DNA from: Candidatus Latescibacterota bacterium
GTDB taxonomy: Bacteria > Latescibacterota > UBA2968
Length of the DNA: 64,000 nucleotides
Assembly (NCBI GenBank): GCA_965207885.1
Contig: OZ242311.1
Coordinates: 1,856,001-1,920,000 of the forward strand
Direction of reading: 5' to 3'
Shown here: piece after piece, positions 20,587 through 30,191 of the stretch
Numbering within the stretch: position 1 is the first letter of the stretch
Layout: each line of letters opens with the position of its first letter
Program-made: the position numbers and the translations under genes
The notes under the pieces: generated by a model
The model's database searches: none
Told to the model about the DNA's origin: nothing
Seen by the model: only the letters and a program-made list of their open reading frames with translations

Positions 20587-23064
20587 TTAAGGAACTGATG
20601 GTGCCACTACATTGAACACAGCCCGTCGCCTCACACGTTGTCCTGAATTTAAATCATCAATGGCTACTTCCACCATCTTGAGACCAGGCTTTAGAGAACC
20701 GGTCTCCAATGCGAAGAAAACAGGTTCTTCTGTCGCATTCACATTCCGTTCATAGCTAATAGTATATTCCGGTTCTTGCGCGCCAGCAAACAACCGTCTC
20801 AATCCACCGATTACCACACTTGCTACCGTCGAGCTTCCTGCCACATTGGGGTGAATGGTATAGGTCACCCGATATTTCGCCTGACCAAACGCATCCAACT
20901 TCAGGTTGTACACTTCGTAGTACAAGTTTGCATCTTTATGTAGATTAAAACTCCTTGTAGGAGAGGGTATCACCACAAGCTCACCTTTTACAAACTTTGA
21001 GGTCTGTGAGGTCTGTGAGGTATCAGATATATTATAGGCCATTTCGATTTCACTGACGGCCAATGAATCTTCAAATGATGGGATTTCCACCTCCTGGCGA
21101 TACATACCCCACCGGCCAGATACGCGATCTGCTAACTTTACACCCAGGGTATAATGGCCAGGCGGAACATCCAGAGAGGCCAATTCTACGAATAATCCCC
21201 TGTCTTGATTCTTTGCCACCTCACCTTCAAAGACAAGCTCATCCCTTTTGCGATAGATTGAGTCTCCTTCAGCATCAGCCAGAACAAGGGTTCTTTCTAT
21301 CGTCATACGAACAACCTGATCATCTACATTTTCTAAACGAATTTGCTCTGGCGGAATACCAAAATAAACTTCCAGTAAAGATCGTTCATTTTCTCCGCGA
21401 AAGCTCACTGTATCATAATAAAATTCTAATAACTTAACACCTGGCGGAACATCAAAATACTCAGGCAACTCCGAAACAGTTTGCATGAGTTGGTATGAAG
21501 GAGAATTCAAAGAGGCATGCATTCCCAAAGACGCATGCCAAATCGTATTTGGTTGAAGCGGAAAATCCCAACTGCCACTCATATATCGATCAGTAAATAC
21601 AAACTCCAATCCATCACCGATATTCAGATAGACCCAGGATTCCCAGGGCACCATAGTTGCCCCTTCAGGAGAACGATCAATCGGAACAACAGGCTCGATA
21701 CCTCGATATAGTCCTGGAGGAATATTGAGGTGAACTGTTCCATAGACCCCTTTAACTTCCCATAACCACTCGCTCAGAGGTATTTGATCTAAGCCAACTT
21801 CAATTTCAACTCCCTTATCCTCATAAGCAATCCGTGTCCGTGCGCTTAACTTACGTGGATCTTTTACAGAAACTCCGAACATTGATGGCGTTCCAGGTGT
21901 CCACGATTGACCCGGCATCACCCGGGGCAATAAATATCGACTCTGTTCTTGTGCTTTATATTGGAAAGAGCGACCAAACAATTCATCTATCTTTCGCATC
22001 TTAAAATTCTGAACCGCCACACCTGGTATCGGATTTTCTCTCCCAGACCTGGACCTGTAATCAGGCTCTCCATACCGAATATAGACCTCACCGCGTCTAT
22101 CCCACGGCTGATCCTTGCGACCAAAGAATGTACGCGCATACCACACACGACGATAATGTTCCATCTGCCGGGCATCTCCGCCCAACATCAAAGCACCCTC
22201 CCGACTTTCCCAAAAGCGGGTTAAAAAATCTTCGCGCTCATCCTCTGATATGGATTTCAGTGCCTCCAGTTCAGCATTCGTAGCGATAAGCGATAGATCA
22301 TGGTAATAGGCACGCTCATCCTCAGAAACACCTTGCAAATATTCTTCAAATATGATCAAGCTACGCTCTGCATCACCTCGCGAAGCGTACCCCTGCGCTA
22401 TCAATGGCATCCATCTCATATCATCTGAAAAACGCGCTTTTACTTCAGCACTTATCTTCAGGACTTCATCGTAGCGATGGTTTTCAAGATGCGATAAAGT
22501 CAGGTGATAATATCCCATCGGATCGTTTGGAAAGCGGGCGATGTATTGTGTGCAGACGTCTATTAGCTCCTGTTCATAATTTAGCTGCGCTTGCTCATAC
22601 CATAAAATTAATTCGCGATACGCCGGGGCATAGTTTGGATCCATTTCGATAACTCGGCACAATGCTTTCTCTGCATCCATGTTACGGGATCTTACGTGCA
22701 ATAGTGCAATCTGCATTTGGGCTTCGAGATATGCAGGATCTACGCCTAAAGCTTGACGAAAAGCGACAAATGCCTTTTGAGCCCTTTTTTCCATAAGTGC
22801 ATAAGCTTTTCCTAAACCGGTATATGCCTCAGCGGACTTTGTATATCGCACACCTTTTTCGAAAGCGTTCTGAGCATCTGTTAATCGCTCTTCACTCAGA
22901 TATAGGTAACCGAGCTTTATCCATGCATCGCCATTTTTGGGTTCTTGTTTTACCACACGCTCCATGACATGCAAAGAATCGATTTCACTCGCATGCGTTC
23001 TTATCCCAAAAATCAATATCCAGGACAAACACAGCACACAACGAATATAGCTATGATTAGACAT
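20587..23064 (-). CDS. Exported TPR + GWxTD-like domain protein
   Basis: Signal peptide, N-terminal TPRs, 'FW...EHYRRVWYARTFF...WDRRGEVYIRYGEPD', 'WESWVY...FTD', beta-rich C-terminus. Confidence 0.8.
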   Translation of the reverse strand: MSNHSYIRCVLCLSWILIFGIRTHASEIDSLHVMERVVKQEPKNGDAWIKLGYLYLSEERLTDAQNAFEKGVRYTKSAEAYTGLGKAYALMEKRAQKAFVAFRQALGVDPAYLEAQMQIALLHVRSRNMDAEKALCRVIEMDPNYAPAYRELILWYEQAQLNYEQELIDVCTQYIARFPNDPMGYYHLTLSHLENHRYDEVLKISAEVKARFSDDMRWMPLIAQGYASRGDAERSLIIFEEYLQGVSEDERAYYHDLSLIATNAELEALKSISEDEREDFLTRFWESREGALMLGGDARQMEHYRRVWYARTFFGRKDQPWDRRGEVYIRYGEPDYRSRSGRENPIPGVAVQNFKMRKIDELFGRSFQYKAQEQSRYLLPRVMPGQSWTPGTPSMFGVSVKDPRKLSARTRIAYEDKGVEIEVGLDQIPLSEWLWEVKGVYGTVHLNIPPGLYRGIEPVVPIDRSPEGATMVPWESWVYLNIGDGLEFVFTDRYMSGSWDFPLQPNTIWHASLGMHASLNSPSYQLMQTVSELPEYFDVPPGVKLLEFYYDTVSFRGENERSLLEVYFGIPPEQIRLENVDDQVVRMTIERTLVLADAEGDSIYRKRDELVFEGEVAKNQDRGLFVELASLDVPPGHYTLGVKLADRVSGRWGMYRQEVEIPSFEDSLAVSEIEMAYNISDTSQTSQTSKFVKGELVVIPSPTRSFNLHKDANLYYEVYNLKLDAFGQAKYRVTYTIHPNVAGSSTVASVVIGGLRRLFAGAQEPEYTISYERNVNATEEPVFFALETGSLKPGLKMVEVAIDDLNSGQRVRRRAVFNVVAPSVP

Positions 23065-23300
23065 GACATATCACCTCGGGTAGTGTCGGCACTTGATCAA
23101 GGTGGTCTTGACGTATATAAATCAAAGAGGTCCGCTTGCCAAACGTTAGAGATACATTTTAATAGAAAATAACGACCCGGATTTAGATTTAAAGGGAATG
23201 AAATCACGGATCTTCATCTTCTGAATTGAAACCAGAGTGAAAGACTCTTAAATTTCAATTGGAGTTACCCCGCTTTGGTGGAGAGTTTAGGGCTTGTGTA

Positions 23301-24026
23301 TCAAGCCTGTGATTGATGCAGTTTTTCATAAGCTATCGGTGCATGGTAAGCAATGGAAGAGTGCCTGCGATGCGGATTATACCACCCTTCAATGTAGGAG
23401 AAGATAGCCAACCGAGCCTCTTTATGCGTACGGAAGGATCGGCGATTGATCAGTTCACACTCCAAGGTGGCGAAAAAGCTCTCGCACAGTGCGTTGTCAT
23501 AGCAGTCGCCAGCAGCTCCCATTGAGGGACGTACGCCAGCCTCCTGACAACGCTTTCCAAATGCTATGGAGGTATATTGCGCCCCCTGGTCAGAGTGATG
23601 GATCACGTCTTCGGGTCGGCGCTGGTAAAGTGCCATATTTAAAGCCGATAAGACCAACTCACTTTGCAAGTGGCTCGCCATTGCCCAGCCCACAACGCGG
23701 CGGGAGAAGGCATCTACGACAACAGAGAGATACAAAAATCCAGACCAAGTGGGTACATAGGTGATGTCGGCCACCCAGAGTTTATTGACCGTTGCCACAG
23801 TGAAGTCGCGCTTTATCAGATCGGGAGCCTTGACAGCCTGATGCGTTTTACGGGTCGTTGTGGTGCTCTTTCTGCGGCTGATGCCACAAATGGTCATCTC
23901 TCGCATGAGACGCGCCACACGCTTCTTGCCTACTCGGATACCCATATCCATCAGGTCTTTCCAGATGCGAGGGGCACCATAAGTGCTATCTGATCGGGTG
24001 TGAAAGGCTTTGATATGTTCCTTCAA
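23301..24026 (-). CDS. IS3 transposase OrfB (DDE); frame stays open upstream into the orfA overlap
   Basis: YGAPRI, WVADITY, HHSDQGAQY, DNALCESFF, YN..RRHS. Confidence 0.92.
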   Translation of the reverse strand: MKEHIKAFHTRSDSTYGAPRIWKDLMDMGIRVGKKRVARLMREMTICGISRRKSTTTTRKTHQAVKAPDLIKRDFTVATVNKLWVADITYVPTWSGFLYLSVVVDAFSRRVVGWAMASHLQSELVLSALNMALYQRRPEDVIHHSDQGAQYTSIAFGKRCQEAGVRPSMGAAGDCYDNALCESFFATLECELINRRSFRTHKEARLAIFSYIEGWYNPHRRHSSIAYHAPIAYEKLHQSQA

Positions 24027-24145
24027 CTGTGTATCAACCTTTGCGCGTTTAGAGGGTGGACGTGTTCGCCAGGCATAATACCCGCTGAGGGAAACACCCA
24101 GGACTCGGCATTGCGTGGCGATTGGCCAAAGTGCCTGGTACGCTT

Positions 24146-24460
24146 TTACGAACGCGAAGATTTTCTGGGGTTCGCGTCGGTCTCCGCTGCGAACCAGGCC
24201 GCTGCTTTTGACAATATCTCGCGCTCGATGCGCAACTGCTTGTTCTCACGTCGAAGACGACGCAACTCTTCTCGCTCAGAACTGGTCAGACCATCTTCTC
24301 GAAGGCCCTCATCTCGATCAGCCTGACGTATCCAGTTTTGGATGGTCTGAGCGGTCGGCTCAAACTCTCTGGCCAATTCTGCAGGACTGCGACCAGCGCG
24401 CACAAGCTCGATGATTTGGCGCTTCAACTCGGCTGGATAAGGTGGACGTGTCGGTGGCAT
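24146..24460 (-). CDS. IS3 transposase OrfA
   Basis: HTH plus 'ELRRLRRENKQLRIEREILSKAAAWFA' zipper. Confidence 0.92.
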   Translation of the reverse strand: MPPTRPPYPAELKRQIIELVRAGRSPAELAREFEPTAQTIQNWIRQADRDEGLREDGLTSSEREELRRLRRENKQLRIEREILSKAAAWFAAETDANPRKSSRS

Positions 24461-24667
24461 AGTGGGTCTCCTTTCTAACTACTCATAAGGTACCCACCGA
24501 AACGGGTCAAGTCCATCCTCATATATCACATTACTTTAGCAATCATTATATTATGATGAATTTAAATTTAACAATCGTTATACTTTACTATAATGCGTAC
24601 GATCCAAGATTTTTTCAACCTTTTTTTACCCGTAGCACATTCTGTTCAGTCGTATTTTTCAGACTTA

Positions 24668-24860
24668 TCAAAAAAGTGGGCGAAATGCGCCCCACACTAC
24701 AAGAAGCACAGCGACTAAACGCCGATGGCAAAACCGTGCTGATCGATGTGCATACCAGTATGGAGAGCAAACAATCTCGGTTTTAAGCCCCGTCGAAAAC
24801 ATTAGCTGTATAAACCAAAAAACCACGCCCGAAGGACGTGGTTTTTTTTGGTAGAAGATG
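24668..24860 (+). repeat. Copy 3 of TPP-gene 3' end plus terminator
   Basis: Encodes KKVGEMRPTLQEAQRLNADGKTVLIDVHTSMESKQSRF*, then the hairpin and GTAGAAGATG as in copy 1. Confidence 0.9.
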
Positions 24861-24876
24861 ACCGGGAGTTGACCAA

Positions 24877-26412
24877 TCATTCAGGCTGCTTTTTTTGATA
24901 TTTATTCAATCTTGTGTTTAGAGTATCTATAGTCACCTTGTCCTTAAGTTCGGATTTCATTGCATAGTCCCTCAATCTTGTGTTTAGAGTATCTATAGTC
25001 ACCTTGTCCTTAAGTTCGGATTTCATTGCATAGTCCCTCAATCTTGTGTTTAGAGTATCTATAGTCACCTTGTCCTTAAGTTTTTCATTAACTTCATCCA
25101 TCTTTGCATAGTAATTCAATGTATCTGTAACTGCTTTAGCGATGTATTTTTTGTGCTCTTCTATTTTGCTTTTAAGAATAGAATCGATCTGAGTTGAGAA
25201 AACAGTTACTTTCTCATTAGTGAGCTTTTCTACATCTTCGTTCCAGTTCACCAGCATATTCATGGCCATTTCGTACCCACTAACAATATTCTGTGTTTTA
25301 CTATCCATTTCTTCTTTCATTTCCCTTGCTTTGATATCCACTTCTTTCTCCATTGCCCCTACTTTGCTATCCATCTCCTTTACTTTACTATCCATTTCTT
25401 TCTCCATTGCTCTTACTTTGCTATCTACCTCCTTTACTTTACCATCCATTTCTTTGTCTATTTCCTCTGCTTTAATACGCATTTGATCTACGTTATTTGC
25501 GGTGTCTTCAATATTCAATAGGGATATGTAGCCAAATAGGCCGACTAAGCCACCAAAGAGCGCAAGCGTAGTTGTGAAAACAGTTATTCGTTGTTGTATT
25601 CGATCCATCATTCTACGCTCGAGTTTCAGTTCTTTTAGAGCGTCAAGAGAAGAATTTTTTGTTGGTTGTAGCTCTTGTTCAGCACTACTTTCATCACCCT
25701 TTTTATTTACCTTTATTGATTCTTGCTCAGATCTGTTAAAAAAATTATAACGTATGATAATTATTGCCAAGAGTGCTGCAGCTCCAAGTGCTGTAACCCA
25801 GTCTTGTAGAGACCGTTTTGCTTCTACTAACCCCAAAATTCCAATTAAAATCAAAAAAACAGCGGCAAAAGCTGGAAAACCATCCTTGAGTGATGGCCAT
25901 TTTCTATTCAATAAAGATATATAAACTATCGCAATTCCCACTCCCATACATAGTATAGATATCAAGAAAGGAATCAACATAATTATTAGATCGTTGAATT
26001 TTTTTACTGCACTTGAGTCTATATGGTTCCTTAAAGAATCTTCCACAGTATCCAGTTGTTTTGAAAATCCGTCTGTTGATGTTTCAATACGAGTTGGTGT
26101 GGATGTTAATTTACCACTTTCCACTTCTTCACCATTTACGATAGTTACGCCAGAAAGCATTACCAGAGGAATCAAAAAAAGACCTATTACCATATACAAC
26201 TTCGCGGTCTTTGCTTTTTTATTAAAGATAAGATTTCTTGAGGAGTCTCGAAAATTGATGTTAGAAAATATGATAAATGCAATAAAAAGCAGACCAAATA
26301 GCACGGCTTGCATAATTCCAATATTGTTCTTGACAATACTGTAATCATAAATAAGCCATGCTATTATAAGGCATATTGTTCCAAGAATTAAAAGTGTGGA
26401 TATTTTATTCAT
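24877..26412 (-). CDS. Multi-pass membrane protein with coiled-coil and tandem-repeat C-terminus
   Basis: About 7 hydrophobic segments, KEMDSKV heptad repeats, 22-aa repeat; AT-rich. Confidence 0.75.
   Translation of the reverse strand: MNKISTLLILGTICLIIAWLIYDYSIVKNNIGIMQAVLFGLLFIAFIIFSNINFRDSSRNLIFNKKAKTAKLYMVIGLFLIPLVMLSGVTIVNGEEVESGKLTSTPTRIETSTDGFSKQLDTVEDSLRNHIDSSAVKKFNDLIIMLIPFLISILCMGVGIAIVYISLLNRKWPSLKDGFPAFAAVFLILIGILGLVEAKRSLQDWVTALGAAALLAIIIIRYNFFNRSEQESIKVNKKGDESSAEQELQPTKNSSLDALKELKLERRMMDRIQQRITVFTTTLALFGGLVGLFGYISLLNIEDTANNVDQMRIKAEEIDKEMDGKVKEVDSKVRAMEKEMDSKVKEMDSKVGAMEKEVDIKAREMKEEMDSKTQNIVSGYEMAMNMLVNWNEDVEKLTNEKVTVFSTQIDSILKSKIEEHKKYIAKAVTDTLNYYAKMDEVNEKLKDKVTIDTLNTRLRDYAMKSELKDKVTIDTLNTRLRDYAMKSELKDKVTIDTLNTRLNKYQKKQPE
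24906..25082. repeat. Perfect 66-bp intragenic tandem repeat (about 2.7 copies)
   Basis: Units start at 24906, 24972 and 25038; encode LKDKVTIDTLNTRLRDYAMKSE. Confidence 0.92.
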
Positions 26413-26497
26413 AACATTCTACTTTCTGTAGGGCGAGATATTTGGACTTGACCCGTTTTAGTGGACAACTTATCTCTTTCAGAGAAAGGAGTCCGCA

Positions 26498-26809
26498 ATG
26501 GGAAGAAAAAGATCATATCCATCAGCATTTCGCCAGCAAATGGTCGCGCTGGTCAGATCAGGCCGTAGTGCCAGCGATTTGGCCAAAGAGTTTGAGCCGA
26601 CCGCTCAGACGATCAGTGCCTGGGTGCGTCAAGCAGACCGCGATGAAGGCCGTCGGGACGATGGGTTGACCAGTCGTGAGCGAGAAGAACTTCAGCGGCT
26701 TCGCAAAGAAAATAAACGCTTGCGTCAAGAGCGTGAGATCCTTGCAAAAGCCGCGGCCTGGTTCGCAGCGGAGACCGATGCGATACCCCCAAAATCTTCA
26801 GATACATAA
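26498..26809 (+). CDS. IS3 transposase OrfA
   Basis: Homologous to 24146-24460; AAGGAG RBS. Confidence 0.92.
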   Translation: MGRKRSYPSAFRQQMVALVRSGRSASDLAKEFEPTAQTISAWVRQADRDEGRRDDGLTSREREELQRLRKENKRLRQEREILAKAAAWFAAETDAIPPKSSDT

Positions 26810-26838
26810 AGGCGCATCAGGCCATCCATCCGATCACC

Positions 26839-27690
26839 ATGCTATGCCGCGTGCTGGGTGTCTCCACCAGTGGGTATTATGCCTGGTGTAATAGACCTTT
26901 ATCTAAACGGGCAAAGGACGATGAAAAGTTAACAGAACAAATAAGCACCTTTCATCAGCGTTCTAATGGAACCTATGGCGCACCGCGTATCTTTCAGGAT
27001 CTGCGCGAAGTAGGTGTCCACATCAGCAAGAAACGGGTCGCAAGACTGATGCGACAAGCCAATATATGTGGTGTGAGCCGAAGAAAAGGTATCCTGACTA
27101 CATACCGGTCTATCACAGACGAGAAAGCCCCTGATCTGGTTAAGCGAGACTTTAGGGTTGATAAGCCCAACAAGCTGTGGGTCGCTGATATTACCTACAT
27201 AAAAACCTGGTCTGGCTTTTTGTATCTCTCTGTTGTTCTCGACGCCTTCTCCAGACGCGTAGTTGGTTGGGCAATGGCCTCGCATCTGAAGACCCAACTG
27301 GTCTTAGATGCCTTGGATATGGCACTTTGGAACCGACGACCAGATGGGGTCATCCATCATTCAGATCAAGGCGCTCAATATACCTCTTATGCCTTTGGTC
27401 AACGCTGTGCAAGAATGGGGGTCAAACCCTCTGTCGGATCGGTTGGCGATTGCTTTGACAATGCCTTGTGTGAAAGCTTCTTTGCTACCCTTGAATGCGA
27501 GTTGATAGACCGGCATAGCTTCCCCAATCATAATCAGGCCAAACTGTCTATCTTCGAGTATATTGAAGGGTGGTATAACCCACACCGCAGACACTCTGCG
27601 ATCAGGTACCAATCGCCCATCACCTATGAAAAACTGATGGCAAAAGGTGACGGGGTTGAAAGTTCTACACTATCCACTAAAACGGGGTAA
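26839..27690 (+). CDS. IS3 transposase OrfB (DDE)
   Basis: LCRVLGVSTSGYY, WVADITY, HHSDQG, DNALCESFF. Confidence 0.92.
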   Translation: MLCRVLGVSTSGYYAWCNRPLSKRAKDDEKLTEQISTFHQRSNGTYGAPRIFQDLREVGVHISKKRVARLMRQANICGVSRRKGILTTYRSITDEKAPDLVKRDFRVDKPNKLWVADITYIKTWSGFLYLSVVLDAFSRRVVGWAMASHLKTQLVLDALDMALWNRRPDGVIHHSDQGAQYTSYAFGQRCARMGVKPSVGSVGDCFDNALCESFFATLECELIDRHSFPNHNQAKLSIFEYIEGWYNPHRRHSAIRYQSPITYEKLMAKGDGVESSTLSTKTG

Positions 27691-28105
27691 CTCCAATTGT
27701 CAAATGTTGTGGATGGGTAGGAGCGCATCCGTGATGATTATTATGCAGCCAACTTGAGTTCTCTGTCTTCGAATTTCATGCCTTCAATCTCTAGGGAAAT
27801 GAGCCTGTAACTACGTAACCTCAGCCAGCTTTTTTCAGCTTCAATCGCCAGTTTATACACCATCGCCACCGTATAAAATCATTACGGTGCAGGCTATCGC
27901 CGCCTCGACCGACCCTCGGCCTTTGGTCTGCCGCGTGCGATGCTGTACGGTGGCAAAGGTCTATGGACTACTATGCAGTTGTACACCTCTGCAAAATTTT
28001 GGAATACATCTCGCACAGATAAACTCGTTGTCAAAGAGATGATTAGTTCTCCTTTATCAACGAATTAGATGGGGAGACCTAAGAGAATAGAAGGTTAGTA
28101 TTTGG

Positions 28106-29596
28106 TTAGTTGATCACAATTATTTGATCACGCCACTTAGAATTCTCATAGTTTTCCAGACATTCGGTAATCAATGCTGCTTCTGGATAATTGATGAGTA
28201 TTTCGAGAGTCTTTTCTATATCCTGTGAAAAAAAAGGTCGTTTAGCTTCGGAGTTTTTTAGCTTTATATGCAAAAAATTTATCAGTTCGTCTTTCTTCTC
28301 ATGTTTTGAAAGAATGCGCATTATCTTATCAAGCCGTTCAATTTTGAGACGAAACTTGTAATCATCATCCAAAAAGCATTCCAATAACGCACCTCTCAAC
28401 ATGTCGTCAGGCCAAGCATCAGGTTCTGCAATCCACCAGTCAAGAAACCTAATAGCGTAGTTTGAGTCTCCATTAGCTGCCTGCAAAATATTACGACCAA
28501 GTATTTCGGCTTGATCAGCCTCCAAGTTTCCTAAGTTATTCTCTCCATTTTGCATTATTAGTTGCATCGCTGGATTTTGGGTGTACCAATCACGAGATTT
28601 CAAATCTTCTATAATCTTGTCAAAGCATGTCGATATTTGCAAACCCGACGCCATCAATGTTTCGATTCTAGTTTTCCCAATAGCCTCTTGAAATCTGTCT
28701 TTCTGTCTATCGTTAAGTGCATCCGCATCGTACAGACACTCCAAATCACTTAGGCCAGATGGTATATTTGAGCTACCTATTAGGCGTGCGACGATACTAT
28801 CTTGTGCTCTCTGCCCAATTTCTTTGAATAACTCCGGGCGATTTGCAAGTATCAAGCACAAAATTTGCGGATGTTTTATAACGAGATTATGCCACTGCTC
28901 TACATTGAAAATTCCACAACCTACGAGTTCTAAAAATCTGCGAAGAAACCAAGTGGCCCTATTCGTAAGTAATTCGAGACTCACGTCGGTGGCGACAGGC
29001 TCAATTTCCTTCATGTACTTTTCTACAAAATAACCATAAACATCTTTATCGAGCTTTGGTGTAATGCTTTCTACGTATCTGCTGACAGTAGGTTCGTGAT
29101 TGTCGAGATAGGAGCTTTTCATTAGATTCTCAATCAACGAAGATACATAGCCCTCTTTTAAAGTGGTAGGTTTAGATAGCACATTCTCGACTACTGTGCA
29201 GGCAGCATGTCCGACTTCTTCCTCAGAGGGAGCTTCTTCATAAGGATGCCCGAAGATACAACGCATTTCGTATATATGTTCTAATTTTTGGTGCGCAATA
29301 TCAGATACAAAACCATAGTCTCGAGCTTTAACGAGAATGAATTTATCGATACTCTGGTGTTTTTTTTCTTGTTCTTCGAATTCACTAACAATTTTTGCGG
29401 CAATGTGATCTCTGAGGGCAGCTTCTCGAAATTTACGTTTAAGAGATTCCAAACACGAAAGCCATAATAGAATGTAGGCCCCTCTGAGTGCTCCAACTCG
29501 TGCAGATTCAACAGCCTCATCAAAGAGTGGTTTGTCATTATCCGCAAGTACTCTGTTTTGATATTCAGATAAATCTGTCCTGTTCTCGTTATTCAT
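28106..29596 (-). CDS. Hypothetical protein with N-terminal HEPN (DUF4145-like) motif
   Basis: 'FDEAV...GALRGAYILLW...LESL' helix and Rx4H motif RCIFGH; helical C-terminus; GGAGAGGAG RBS. Confidence 0.65.
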   Translation of the reverse strand: MNNENRTDLSEYQNRVLADNDKPLFDEAVESARVGALRGAYILLWLSCLESLKRKFREAALRDHIAAKIVSEFEEQEKKHQSIDKFILVKARDYGFVSDIAHQKLEHIYEMRCIFGHPYEEAPSEEEVGHAACTVVENVLSKPTTLKEGYVSSLIENLMKSSYLDNHEPTVSRYVESITPKLDKDVYGYFVEKYMKEIEPVATDVSLELLTNRATWFLRRFLELVGCGIFNVEQWHNLVIKHPQILCLILANRPELFKEIGQRAQDSIVARLIGSSNIPSGLSDLECLYDADALNDRQKDRFQEAIGKTRIETLMASGLQISTCFDKIIEDLKSRDWYTQNPAMQLIMQNGENNLGNLEADQAEILGRNILQAANGDSNYAIRFLDWWIAEPDAWPDDMLRGALLECFLDDDYKFRLKIERLDKIMRILSKHEKKDELINFLHIKLKNSEAKRPFFSQDIEKTLEILINYPEAALITECLENYENSKWRDQIIVIN

Positions 29597-29769
29597 TTGG
29601 CTCCTCTCCTGGCGGACATCCCTCTTCGGCGTTTTATTTTTTTACCAGCTATTGGTAATTAAAATTAAATAGACTGCGGGATGGGAGGACCGGTCCCTGA
29701 GTCTTCTGGAAGAATCCAGAAGAACATCCCGCAGCCGTTGGACTTTTCCTCAGGTTGTATCCATTACAT

Positions 29770-30126
29770 CTAAAGCGGAATAATCCCAAACGCTTTTTTC
29801 CGAAATGTAGTTGGAGTATCGCCATACTTCTCTTTGAAAATCTTGCTAAATGTCGATAAAGATGTAAACCCACACATATAAGCAATTTCTGTAATAGAAT
29901 ATGGTGTGTTCTTCATCGCTTCTCTGGCCTTTGCCAGGCGTACATTCTGAAGGCACGTCCCGAATGGTGCGCCCAGGTGTTTTTTGAACAATGCGTAACC
30001 ATGCGATTTAGAAAATCGAAAATAGCGCATGACGTCTTCAAATTTTAGATCTGGATTGCTGTAATGATTCTCCAAAAACGATTCCAATGCGATCTTACAT
30101 ATATCTTGCATCTGCTTGTCCATCAA
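29770..30126 (-). CDS. Stand-alone AraC/XylS DNA-binding domain protein
   Basis: 'RLAKAREAM...SITEIAYMCGFTSLSTFSKIFKEKYGDTPTTFR' AraC signature; no effector domain. Confidence 0.85.
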   Translation of the reverse strand: MMDKQMQDICKIALESFLENHYSNPDLKFEDVMRYFRFSKSHGYALFKKHLGAPFGTCLQNVRLAKAREAMKNTPYSITEIAYMCGFTSLSTFSKIFKEKYGDTPTTFRKKAFGIIPL

Positions 30127-30191
30127 TTCTCTCGCAGAAATGGTTTTAGATCAAAGAGAAAGTCTTGATTCAAATAGTCTAAATGTTATCC

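Larger units (their letters stand above)
23260..24515 (-). mobile_element. IS3 family insertion sequence (copy A)
   Basis: Ends TGGAGTTACCCCG... and ...CGGGTCAAGTCCA; orfA plus DDE orfB; no target duplication seen. Confidence 0.9.
26443..27695 (+). mobile_element. IS3 family insertion sequence (copy B)
   Basis: TGGACTTGACCCGTTTTAGTGGA ... TCCACTAAAACGGGGTAACTCCA; 3-bp ATT target duplication (26440-26442 and 27696-27698). Confidence 0.92.

Noticed and set aside
20998-21021. 9-bp repeat (SQTSQTS) in the GWxTD gene
   Set aside because: Short in-frame slippage with no evidence of phase variation.
24553-24786. 77-aa ORF ending like the TPP enzyme
   Set aside because: It is the duplicated gene tail read from a chance upstream start, not an independent gene.
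19292-24860. Diversity-generating retroelement template/variable repeats
   Set aside because: No reverse transcriptase; the differences are mostly synonymous and not adenine-specific.
24906-25082. CRISPR-like repeat
   Set aside because: Contiguous in-frame tandem repeat with no spacers.
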